A DNA stretch of 64,000 nucleotides from Actinomycetota bacterium (GTDB lineage Bacteria > Actinomycetota > UBA4738): positions 24,861 to 88,860 of the forward strand of contig DAIUAM010000004.1 of assembly GCA_036847185.1 (NCBI GenBank), read 5' to 3'. Both the position numbers and the translations under genes were made by a program. The notes beneath the pieces were generated by a model. The model did no database searches and was not told the origin of the DNA. It saw only the letters and a list, made by a program, of their open reading frames with translations. Every line of letters begins with the position of its first letter. Position 1 is the stretch's first letter. This document shows positions 37,441-45,536 of the stretch, piece by piece.

Positions 37441-38445
37441 GTGGATGGATCCGATCTTCCGTTGGGCATCTCATCCGGCGTCTCGCCCGAGCTCTCGCCC
37501 GTGCAGCGACGAACCATCGCCGACCTGCTCGAAGCCGCAGTGGGCCGTCGCTTCCGGCACGAGCTGGCGGCCGAGCTCCGCGAGCGCCTGGAGGACGAGC
37601 TCCGGCCGCACCTCCCCGCGCTGGGGGCGGGCTCTGCGGAGCCCCTTCGGCTGTCGAAGGAGCGCCTCAACGAGCTGGCGCGGTGCGAGGGGCTGTTCGA
37701 CTCCTCGCTCCGTCAGGAGGGCCGGCCCTTCGAGCACAACGAGGCCTCGGCAGCCGGGACGCTCTCGCACCGGTCGATCGAGCTCGACGTGGCCGTCGCG
37801 GAGGACGTCCCCGCTGCGTTGCTGGCGTCGCGCGCGGCCGAAAAGCTCCAGCGCGACCGTCGGTTCGGCCCGTACTGGCAGGGGCTCGACGAGGTGGAGC
37901 GGGCCGAACTGCGGATGCGGGCGGTGCGAAGCCTCGAGCAGTTCCGGGCCAGCTTCCCGCCGGTCCGAGAGTGGCGGCGGGCGCTGGCTCCGGTCACCGA
38001 GCTGTGGCTCGAGGCCCGGCTGGGGGAGGGGGCCGTCCGCATGCTCGGCAAGGTGGACCTGCTGCTGAACGCCGTCCGGGCGGGCCGTTCGACCCGGGTC
38101 CTCATCGACCTGAAGGGTGGCCGGTGGTTCCCGGACCACGCGGAGGACATGCGGCTCTACGCGCTCCTGTTCACCCTGCGGACCGGCACCCCGCCGCTCC
38201 GGGTCGCCACGTTCTTCCTGTCGTCGGGCGAATGGCAGCCGGAGGAGGTCACCGAGGAGCTTCTCGTCCATGCGTGCGGCCGGGTGGTGGCCGCCGTCCG
38301 GCGGGCCGCACGGCTCCGCGAGGGCGACGGCCCCGCGCTGCGGCCGGGACCGTGGTGCGTTCGATGCCCCCGGATGGAGATGTGCCCGGCGTTCGCGGCC
38401 GCGGCGGCTCGGTCCGGGACGGCTCCCGAGGAGGCCTCGCCATGA
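37441..38445 (+). CDS. PD-(D/E)XK nuclease superfamily protein with a Cas4/AddB-type Fe-S cysteine cluster (RecB-family exonuclease-like). It stands alone.
   Basis: GKVDLLL...RVLIDLKGG is the D...D.K catalytic motif. RLYALLF is a QhxxY-like motif. The C-terminal WCVRCPRMEMC (CX2CX5C) plus an N-terminal Cys (ELARCEG) form the Fe-S cluster pattern. Confidence 0.65.
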   Translation: MDGSDLPLGISSGVSPELSPVQRRTIADLLEAAVGRRFRHELAAELRERLEDELRPHLPALGAGSAEPLRLSKERLNELARCEGLFDSSLRQEGRPFEHNEASAAGTLSHRSIELDVAVAEDVPAALLASRAAEKLQRDRRFGPYWQGLDEVERAELRMRAVRSLEQFRASFPPVREWRRALAPVTELWLEARLGEGAVRMLGKVDLLLNAVRAGRSTRVLIDLKGGRWFPDHAEDMRLYALLFTLRTGTPPLRVATFFLSSGEWQPEEVTEELLVHACGRVVAAVRRAARLREGDGPALRPGPWCVRCPRMEMCPAFAAAAARSGTAPEEASP

Positions 38446-38580
38446 CGAACGAAGTTGCCGGCGCCGCCTCGACCGCCTATCGTCCGGCGTACCTACCGGC
38501 CGGTAACATGTTGGGCGACGGTCGTTTGGGCAGGGCTCCCGGCGGCAAACAAGCCTGTCGACCAACCCAAGGAGCGCGCG

Positions 38581-39828
38581 ATGGCCAAAGACAGCTACGA
38601 CGTCGGCGAGATCCCCCCCGTCGGCGAGGTGCCCCGCGTCATGCACGCGCAGGTCATCAGGCCGGAGCGGTTCGGCGAGCCGCAGCAGGCGTTCCAGGTC
38701 GAACAGATCGAGACGCCGTCCCCCGGGCCCGGCGAGGCGCTCGTGCTGGTGATGGCGGCGGGTATCAACTACAACAACGTCTGGGCGGCGAAGGGCATCC
38801 CCGTCGACGTGACCAAGGTCCACGGACGATTCGGCGAACCCACGGACTTCCACATCGGCGGAAGTGACGCCTCGGGGATCGTGTACGCGCTCGGCGAGGG
38901 GGTGACGAACCTCTCGATCGGCGACCCGGTGGTGATCCACTGCGGCCAGTGGGACGCGGATGACCCGGTCGTGGCCGCCGGTGGCGATCCGGGGTTCGCG
39001 GCCTCGTACCGGATCTGGGGGTACGAGTCGAACTGGGGGTCGTTCGCGCAATTCACCAAGGTCCAGGCGCACCAGTGCCTGCCCAAGGCTCCCCATCTCA
39101 GCTGGGAGGAGGCCGCGGCTCCGACGCTGGTCGGGGCGACCGCCTACCGCATGCTGATGGGCTGGCCGCCGCATGCCGTCGCCGACGGCGATGTGGTGCT
39201 GGTTTGGGGCGGCGCCGGCGGCCTGGGTTCGATGGCCATCCAGATCGTGCGCGAGATGGGCGGGAAGGCCGTCGCCGTGGTGAGCTCGGAGGACAAGGCC
39301 GAGTTCTGCTTGAAGCTGGGCGCGGCCGGCACGATCAACCGCAAGGACTTCTTCCACTGGGGAATGCCCCCGCACTGGACGGACACGAACGCCTACGGGA
39401 AGTGGTTCGACGGGGCGAAGTCGTTCGGCAAGGCCGTGTGGGACGCGCTGGGCGAGAAGAGGAGCCCGCGGATCGTGTTCGAGCATCCCGGCGAGGACAC
39501 CATCCCGACCTCGATCTTCGTGTGCGACACCGGCGGGATGGTGGTGATCTGCGCCGGCACCACCGGCTACAACGCGGTGGTCGACCTGCGGTACCTGTGG
39601 ATGCGCCAGAAACGGTTCCAGGGCTCGCACTTCGCCAACGACGAGCAGTCGATCGCGTTCAACCGGCTGGTCGTGGCCGGCCGCATCGATCCGTGCCTGT
39701 CACGGACGTTCCGGTTCGAAGAGGTCGGCGCGGCCCACCAGCTCATGTCCGAGAACAGACATCCCGAGGGCAACATGGCGATCCTGGTGGGCGCGGCGAG
39801 GGCCGGGCTCACGGACCTCCCCGGCTGA
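38581..39828 (+). CDS. ccr: Crotonyl-CoA carboxylase/reductase (MDR superfamily).
   Basis: INYNNVWAA, the insertion GQWDADDPV...[51 protein letters not shown], and GSHFAN are characteristic of Ccr rather than ordinary quinone reductases. An AAGGAG sits 7 nt upstream of the ATG. Confidence 0.8.
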   Translation: MAKDSYDVGEIPPVGEVPRVMHAQVIRPERFGEPQQAFQVEQIETPSPGPGEALVLVMAAGINYNNVWAAKGIPVDVTKVHGRFGEPTDFHIGGSDASGIVYALGEGVTNLSIGDPVVIHCGQWDADDPVVAAGGDPGFAASYRIWGYESNWGSFAQFTKVQAHQCLPKAPHLSWEEAAAPTLVGATAYRMLMGWPPHAVADGDVVLVWGGAGGLGSMAIQIVREMGGKAVAVVSSEDKAEFCLKLGAAGTINRKDFFHWGMPPHWTDTNAYGKWFDGAKSFGKAVWDALGEKRSPRIVFEHPGEDTIPTSIFVCDTGGMVVICAGTTGYNAVVDLRYLWMRQKRFQGSHFANDEQSIAFNRLVVAGRIDPCLSRTFRFEEVGAAHQLMSENRHPEGNMAILVGAARAGLTDLPG

Positions 39829-39842
39829 GGGGCGGGCCGGAC

Positions 39843-40487
39843 ATGGAGGGAACGAACGGGGCAGGCGCCGGGGCTCAGCAGGCCGATGGCGAGGCGCCGG
39901 ATCGCCGGATCGACCCGGTCCGGGAAGCGGCCGAATACCAGGCGCACCTCCTGGGTCTGCTCGGCGACCGGGACGCCGCGGAGGTCCAGCGGCAGCTCGG
40001 CCCGCAACTGGCGTCACTGGTCCGGGGAGCGGGCCAGGACCTGCGGACGCGCCCCGAGCCGGGGGAGTGGTCGGTGGTCGAATGCCTCGGCCACATGGTC
40101 GACGCCGAGATCGTCTACGCGGGCCGGTATCGCTGGATCCTCGCCCACGAACGGCCCCCGCTGATCGGCTACGACCAGGATCTGTGGGTCGAACGCCTCG
40201 GCCACCAGGACGCCGACCCGGAAGAGCTCCTCGCGTTCTTCGACGTGCTGCGGGAGGCCAACCTGGCGCTGTGGGAACGGACGTCCGAGCAGGAACGGGA
40301 ACGGGTGGGGATGCACGCCGAACGCGGCCCGGAGAGCTTGGATCTCTCGTTCCGGCTGATCGCCGGGCATGGCCTGTTCCACCTGGCGCAGATCGAGCGG
40401 ACGCTGGACCGGGTCCGAGCCGCCCGCCACGAGCAGACCGTTAGGCGAGCAGGACCTCCAGCAGCGCCTCCAGCTTCGGGATCGTGA
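39843..40487 (+). CDS. DinB/YfiT-like (DinB_2) four-helix-bundle metalloenzyme family protein.
   Basis: EYQAHLLGLL, ...WSVVECLGHMVDAEIVYAGRYRWIL and ...LIAGHGLFHLAQIERTL contain the His triad typical of the DinB_2 / mycothiol-transferase-like fold. The 3' end overlaps the convergent HAD gene by about 45 nt. Confidence 0.65.
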   Translation: MEGTNGAGAGAQQADGEAPDRRIDPVREAAEYQAHLLGLLGDRDAAEVQRQLGPQLASLVRGAGQDLRTRPEPGEWSVVECLGHMVDAEIVYAGRYRWILAHERPPLIGYDQDLWVERLGHQDADPEELLAFFDVLREANLALWERTSEQERERVGMHAERGPESLDLSFRLIAGHGLFHLAQIERTLDRVRAARHEQTVRRAGPPAAPPASGS

Positions 40488-41088
40488 TCGCCGCGTCCCG
40501 GTGCAGGACGCCGGCTATCCCCAACGCCCGGGCGCTCTCCACGTTGACCGGGATGTCGTCCACGAAGACGCACTCCTCTGGGGCGAGGCCGATCCGTTCG
40601 GCGGCCAGCAGGTAGATCTCCGGATCGGGCTTGCGGACCCCGACTTCGCCCGACAGGATCATCGCGTCGAACGATCCCGTCAGGCCGTCCGGGTAGGCGT
40701 GCCGGCCCCACGTGTTCGAGACCAGCGCGGTTCGAATCCCCGCCGCCCGTGCCGCGGAGACGGCGGACGTCATCTTCGGGTCCGGACCGGCCCCGGCGAA
40801 CATCCGCGCGGCGAGCCCGGTCTCCTCGAGCGGCACCTCCAACCCCTGAGACAGTGCAGCGGCCAGCTTCCGGTCGAACTCCTCCACGGGCAGGCGGCCG
40901 GTCTCGACCGAGACCACCAGCCCATCGAGATCCGATCCGGGGGGTGCCGAAGCGTACGCCGCGGCCAGCACCTCCTTCAGCCGGGCGGGATCGACGCCGG
41001 TCTCCACGCAGAACGCCCCGAAGCTCACCGCGAGCGAGGTGGTCAGGACGCCGCCGTAGTCGACGAGGAGACCGCGGCGAGCTGCCAT
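40441..41088 (-). CDS. HAD-superfamily hydrolase (subfamily IA).
   Basis: LLVDYGGVLT is motif I (DxG variant). ...LVSNTW is motif II, K..DP is motif III, and VFVDDIPVNVESA is motif IV. Confidence 0.8.
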   Translation of the reverse strand: MAARRGLLVDYGGVLTTSLAVSFGAFCVETGVDPARLKEVLAAAYASAPPGSDLDGLVVSVETGRLPVEEFDRKLAAALSQGLEVPLEETGLAARMFAGAGPDPKMTSAVSAARAAGIRTALVSNTWGRHAYPDGLTGSFDAMILSGEVGVRKPDPEIYLLAAERIGLAPEECVFVDDIPVNVESARALGIAGVLHRDAAITIPKLEALLEVLLA

Positions 41089-41105
41089 GTGCGCTGCTGA
41101 AGCGG

Positions 41106-41546
41106 CTACGCGGGTTCCTGGACGAGCTCGACGAGCACCCCACGGAACCCTTTGGGATGGACGAACGCGACCATCGTCCCGCGCGAGCCCGGCCGGGGAG
41201 CTTCGTCCACCAGCGGGACCCCTTCGACCTTGAGTGCAGCCAGGACGCGAGGCAGGTCCTCCACGCGATAGCCGACGTGGTGGACGCCTTCACCAGAGCG
41301 GCCCAGGAACCTGCCCACCGGCGTGTCGGGCCCGGTGGCGGCCAGCAGCTGGATGTAGGAGGTGCCGACCCGGAACAGGACCTCCTCGACGCCCTGGTCA
41401 GGAACGCGTTCGCGGTGCACCGGCTCCACGCCGAACGCCCTCCGATACTCCTCGACGGCTGCGTCGAGGTCGCGCACCGCGATCCCGATGTGGTCGACGT
41501 CCGTGAGCATCGAGCCGGCCACCGCCGAGTCCTCGGGCTCGGTCAC
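41106..41546 (-). CDS. Methylmalonyl-CoA epimerase (VOC family).
   Basis: VDHIGIAVRDLDAAVEEYRRAFG...EVLFRVGTSYIQLL...GVHHVGYRVEDL...LVELVQ is the typical Mce pattern. Alternative ATG start at 41510. The GTG at 41546 overlaps the upstream XRE stop (GTGA). Confidence 0.75.
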   Translation of the reverse strand: MTEPEDSAVAGSMLTDVDHIGIAVRDLDAAVEEYRRAFGVEPVHRERVPDQGVEEVLFRVGTSYIQLLAATGPDTPVGRFLGRSGEGVHHVGYRVEDLPRVLAALKVEGVPLVDEAPRPGSRGTMVAFVHPKGFRGVLVELVQEPA

Positions 41547-41971
41547 CGCTTGCGGCGCCGGCGGCCGGCGGCCGGTTCGGGCTGCAGGCGCTGGATCAGG
41601 CCGATGACGTCGGGCATCAGATATGCGGGCGTGGAGAGCGCGGCGACCAGTGCCGCGACGGCCTGGTACCGGATCTCGGGAGGAGCGCCTTCCGTATTCA
41701 ACGCGTAGAACTCGACCAGCTCCATGAACTGCTTGAGGGACGGGACGAGCCCGCCGCGCTCATAGGCGTAGATGGTCTGCTGAGCGGCCGGACAACCTTT
41801 CACGGATGCCGCGTCCTTGACGGCACGATAGCCGGCCGTGCGCCTGAGGCCTCGCAACAAGCCGCCGATGGCCCGCGCCACATCGGTGTCGACAGGCTCT
41901 TGCTTCTTTCGAGGCAACGGTGGACCTCCTCGGAACGACCCCGGGCGTGGAAGGGTCTGCCGTCCCACCAT
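41543..41971 (-). CDS. Helix-turn-helix (XRE-like) DNA-binding protein.
   Basis: LRRTAGYRAVKDAASVKGCPAAQQTIYAYERGGLVPSL is an HTH_3-type helix-turn-helix. It is divergent from the FtsH-like gene. Confidence 0.6.
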   Translation of the reverse strand: MVGRQTLPRPGSFRGGPPLPRKKQEPVDTDVARAIGGLLRGLRRTAGYRAVKDAASVKGCPAAQQTIYAYERGGLVPSLKQFMELVEFYALNTEGAPPEIRYQAVAALVAALSTPAYLMPDVIGLIQRLQPEPAAGRRRRKR

Positions 41972-42124
41972 AGCCTCTTGTTCGATGATCTGTCATGAAC
42001 GCCCGCAGGCCCGCGGGCCGGTCCGACGCATCGGGCGAGGTCTCGTCCGCATCCGGCCCCGTACGAAGGACCGAGAGCTTTCGGCCCTCCGGCCTATGCG
42101 CAAACCCTCTGCCCTGGGTACGAT

Positions 42125-44152
42125 GTGGAGGTCCGAGCGCCCAGCTCTGCGAAGTGCCAGCTCCTATACAGGAATCGGGGTGGCGGAGCCATCAGCGGCA
42201 AGAGAGAAACGGACCATCTGGTCGCGGTGCTCGGCGAGTCGAAGCTCCTGAAGGCCGGGCTCGCGGACGTGACCCGGATCCGCGAGCGGAACCGCCGCAA
42301 GCGGCTCCTACGCGCTTCGATCACCCTGGTCGGGCTCTGCGCGTTCCTCCTCTACCGGTATCTCGGGGGCAACCCCTTGTCCCCGCCGAAGCTCGGCCCG
42401 GACGCGGCGACGTGGCTCCCACCGATCCTGCTCATCATCCTGCTCGGCGGGGTGCTGGTCATCCCGATGCTCATGAGCAGCCGTTCGCCGCACATCCTCA
42501 TCCGCCCCGAGCACATCGAGATCGGGCTCTCCGAGATCAAGGGCCTGGGGGGCCCGGTGGACGAAGTGGTTCGAAGCCTGAACGTGTTCCTGGGCTACGC
42601 GACCTTCCGCGAGGTGCTCGGCGGCACCCCGCGGCGGGGCATCCTGTTCGAAGGCCCGCCGGGCACCGGGAAGACGTACCTGGCGAAGGCGATGGCGAAG
42701 CAGGCCGGGGTCCCGTTCCTGTTCGTCTCCGCCCCCGCGTTCCAGTCGATGTTCTACGGCATGACCGCCGTGAAGATCCGCGCGTTCTTCAAGGCGCTGC
42801 GGAAGGAGGCCCGCCGGAGCGGCGGCGCGATCGGGTTCATCGAGGAGATCGACGCGATCGGCGGATCGCGCGGCGGCCTGGGGATGAGCCCCCCGCCGGC
42901 CGGCCTGGACCGTTCGGTCTCCCACACCCTCACCGAGGGCTCGAGCGGCGTGGTGAACGAGCTCCTCATCCAGATGCAGTCGTTCGACCAGCCCGTGTTC
43001 CGGCAGCGGTTCAAGGAGCGGATCTACCGGTGGATCGACGGCTACCTCCCCGAGGGGAAGACCTTGAAGTCCGGCAAGCCGACCTACAACAACATCCTGC
43101 TCATCGCGGCGACGAACCGGGCCGATTCCCTCGACCCGGCCTTGCTCCGGCCGGGGCGCTTCGACCGGCGGCTGTATTTCGACCTGCCGACCAAGGCCGA
43201 CCGGCGGGACCTGATCGACTTCTTCCTGGCCCGCAAGTCACACCACGAGCAGCTCGACGACGAGGGAGCCCGCGAGCGGCTGGCCCACGACACGTTCGGC
43301 TACACGCCGGTGATGATCGAGCACCTGATGGACGAATCGCTCCTGGTCGGGCTGCGCGACGGGCGGAACGGGATGAACCTCTCGGACGTGTACGAGGCGA
43401 AGCTGGCCGAGGAGGTCGGGTTGAAGCAGATCAGCGTGTACACCGAAGAGGAGCGCCGGGCGGTGGCCACCCACGAGGCCGGACACGCCACGGCCGCGTT
43501 CGTCCTGGGGACGACCAGGCGGCTCGAGGTGCTGTCGATCATCAAGCGCCGGACGTCACTGGGGCTGCTCGCGCACACCGACACCGAGGAGCGGTTCACC
43601 CGTTCGCGCTCGGAGCTCGAAGCCGCACTGGGGATCATGCTTGCCGGGATGGCGGCGGAGGAGCTGTTCCTCGGCGAGAGCGGGACCGGGCCCGGCGCCG
43701 ACCTCGCGCAGGCCACCCAGACGGCCGCGCTCATGGTGGGCGCGCTGGGCATGTCGGATTCGCTCATCTCCTACGAGGCGGTGGACGCCAGCGTGGTCAA
43801 CCGCACGAACCTGGTCGGCAGGGTCCTCGGCCTCGACGAGACCCGCCAGCAGGTCGACGGACTGCTCCAGCGGCAGAAGGAGCTGGTCAGGGTCGTGCTC
43901 GAAGGGAACCGCGACATCCTCGAGGCGCTCCGGGACGCGTTGCTCGCCCGCGACGAACTGGTGGGGGAGGAGATCCTGCAGGTCATCCACGCGGCGATGG
44001 CCAGGCGGGAACCCTCGCCCGAGACCTCCGCACCGGCGGTGGACCTGAGCGAGCCAATCCGGGTGCTCGCCGGGAACGGGGAGGTGCCCGATTCGAACGG
44101 CGACGACTCCCCGGGCTCCGGACCCGTCATCGTGATCCCGCACTCCACCTAG
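42125..44152 (+). CDS. FtsH-like membrane AAA+ zinc metalloprotease paralog. It has two TM helices with a very short external loop, and an insertion between Walker B and sensor-1 of about 50 aa.
   Basis: GILFEGPPGTGKTYLAKAMA is Walker A and IGFIEEIDAIG is Walker B. ...IAATNRADSLDPALLRPGRFDRR is the SRH region. HEAGHATAA is the zinc HEXXH motif. The N-terminal start is uncertain. Confidence 0.85.
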   Translation: MEVRAPSSAKCQLLYRNRGGGAISGKRETDHLVAVLGESKLLKAGLADVTRIRERNRRKRLLRASITLVGLCAFLLYRYLGGNPLSPPKLGPDAATWLPPILLIILLGGVLVIPMLMSSRSPHILIRPEHIEIGLSEIKGLGGPVDEVVRSLNVFLGYATFREVLGGTPRRGILFEGPPGTGKTYLAKAMAKQAGVPFLFVSAPAFQSMFYGMTAVKIRAFFKALRKEARRSGGAIGFIEEIDAIGGSRGGLGMSPPPAGLDRSVSHTLTEGSSGVVNELLIQMQSFDQPVFRQRFKERIYRWIDGYLPEGKTLKSGKPTYNNILLIAATNRADSLDPALLRPGRFDRRLYFDLPTKADRRDLIDFFLARKSHHEQLDDEGARERLAHDTFGYTPVMIEHLMDESLLVGLRDGRNGMNLSDVYEAKLAEEVGLKQISVYTEEERRAVATHEAGHATAAFVLGTTRRLEVLSIIKRRTSLGLLAHTDTEERFTRSRSELEAALGIMLAGMAAEELFLGESGTGPGADLAQATQTAALMVGALGMSDSLISYEAVDASVVNRTNLVGRVLGLDETRQQVDGLLQRQKELVRVVLEGNRDILEALRDALLARDELVGEEILQVIHAAMARREPSPETSAPAVDLSEPIRVLAGNGEVPDSNGDDSPGSGPVIVIPHST

Positions 44153-44288
44153 ACTGCAAGAATCGACCGGAACGCCTCTCCTCACGCAGGCCCGATGTGG
44201 CAGCACGTTGCCCCGAGCGTCGCTCGTAGAATGGAGGACGAACACCTTCGATCCGTGCCTTCGTGCGCGCTGAAAGGAGCCCACACCT

Positions 44289-45473
44289 ATGACGTCCTCC
44301 GTCATCGTCTCCGGAGCCCGGACCCCCATCGGCAGGTTCGCCGGCGGCTTCAAGGACCTCCCCGCCGTGAAGCTCGGCGCCCACGCGATCGCGCATGCGG
44401 TCCAACGGAGTGGCGTGGCGCCCGACCAGATCGACTACGTGATCATGGGCCAGGTCATCCAGGCCGGGGCCGGGCAGATCACCGCCCGCCAGGCAGCCAT
44501 CCTGGCCGGGCTCCCCAAGGAGGTCCCGGCGATCACGATCAACAAGGTCTGTCTGTCCGGGCTGAACGCCATCGCCCTGGCCGACCAGCTGATCCGGGCC
44601 GGCGAGATCGAGGTCGTGGTGGCCGGCGGGATGGAGTCCATGACGAACGCGCCGTACCTCCTGCCGAGCGCCCGGTTCGGCGCCCGGATGGGCAACGCGG
44701 AGCTGGTCGATTCCATGGTCTACGACGGCCTGTGGTCGACCTTCACGGACCAGCACATGGGCGACAGCTCCGACGAGGTGAACAGCGAGCTGGAGATCAC
44801 CCGCGAGGAGCAGGACGCCTGGTCGGCACGTTCGCATCAGCGCGCCGCGATGGCGTGGGACGAGGGCCGGTTCGCCGAGGAGGTCGTCCCTGTCGAGATC
44901 CCGCAGCGCAAGGGCGACCCGGTGGTCGTGGCGAAGGACGAAGGAATCCGGCCCGACACCACGGCCGAGTCCCTGAGCGCCCTGAAGCCGGCCTTCAAGA
45001 AGGACGGGACGATCACCGCGGGGAACGCCTCGCAGATCAGCGACGGCGGCGCGGCGGTCGTGGTCATGAGCCGCCAGCGGGCCGACGCCCTGGGTCTCGA
45101 GCCCATGGCCGAGATCGTGGCCCACGGCATGAGCGCCGAACGCTACGCCTGGCTCCACACGGTCCCGGCGCTGGCCCTGCAGAACGCGCTGAAGAAGGCC
45201 GGCAAGGACGTCCACGACCTCGGGCTCCTGGAGATCAACGAAGCGTTCGCCTCCGTCGCTCTCAACGCCGCCCGGATGCTCGGCGCGGACGAGGAGATCG
45301 TGAATGTGAACGGTGGCGCGGTGGCGCTCGGTCACCCCATCGGGATGAGCGGGTGCCGGCTGGTGCTGACCCTCGCCTACGAGATGCGCCGACGGGGGGT
45401 CGAATTCGGCGGCGCCGCCCTGTGCGGCGGCGGCGGCCAGGGCGACGCCCTGATCATCCGCAACCCTTCGTAG
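44289..45473 (+). CDS. Acetyl-CoA C-acetyltransferase (thiolase II).
   Basis: VIVSGARTPIGRF, ...NKVCLSGLNAI (active Cys), ...NVNGGAVALGHPIGMSGCRLV and ...CGGGGQG are thiolase signatures. AAAGGAG RBS. Confidence 0.9.
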   Translation: MTSSVIVSGARTPIGRFAGGFKDLPAVKLGAHAIAHAVQRSGVAPDQIDYVIMGQVIQAGAGQITARQAAILAGLPKEVPAITINKVCLSGLNAIALADQLIRAGEIEVVVAGGMESMTNAPYLLPSARFGARMGNAELVDSMVYDGLWSTFTDQHMGDSSDEVNSELEITREEQDAWSARSHQRAAMAWDEGRFAEEVVPVEIPQRKGDPVVVAKDEGIRPDTTAESLSALKPAFKKDGTITAGNASQISDGGAAVVVMSRQRADALGLEPMAEIVAHGMSAERYAWLHTVPALALQNALKKAGKDVHDLGLLEINEAFASVALNAARMLGADEEIVNVNGGAVALGHPIGMSGCRLVLTLAYEMRRRGVEFGGAALCGGGGQGDALIIRNPS

Positions 45474-45536
45474 TAGCCACCTCCCGCCGCGGGAAGCAGC
45501 CTCCCGGGAGAGATTCGCGGTAGACCCCTTCCCACG

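Noticed and set aside
37471-39630. 719-aa minus-strand ORF, and similarly 44127..47681 (1184 aa), 9268..10776, 16375..17955, 19915..21351 and 59881..61212
   Set aside because: All are antisense to confidently identified genes (ccr, thiolase / histidine kinase, GNAT, cyclase, acyl-CoA dehydrogenase, serC-like) and have Arg/Gly/Pro-dominated, motif-free translations.
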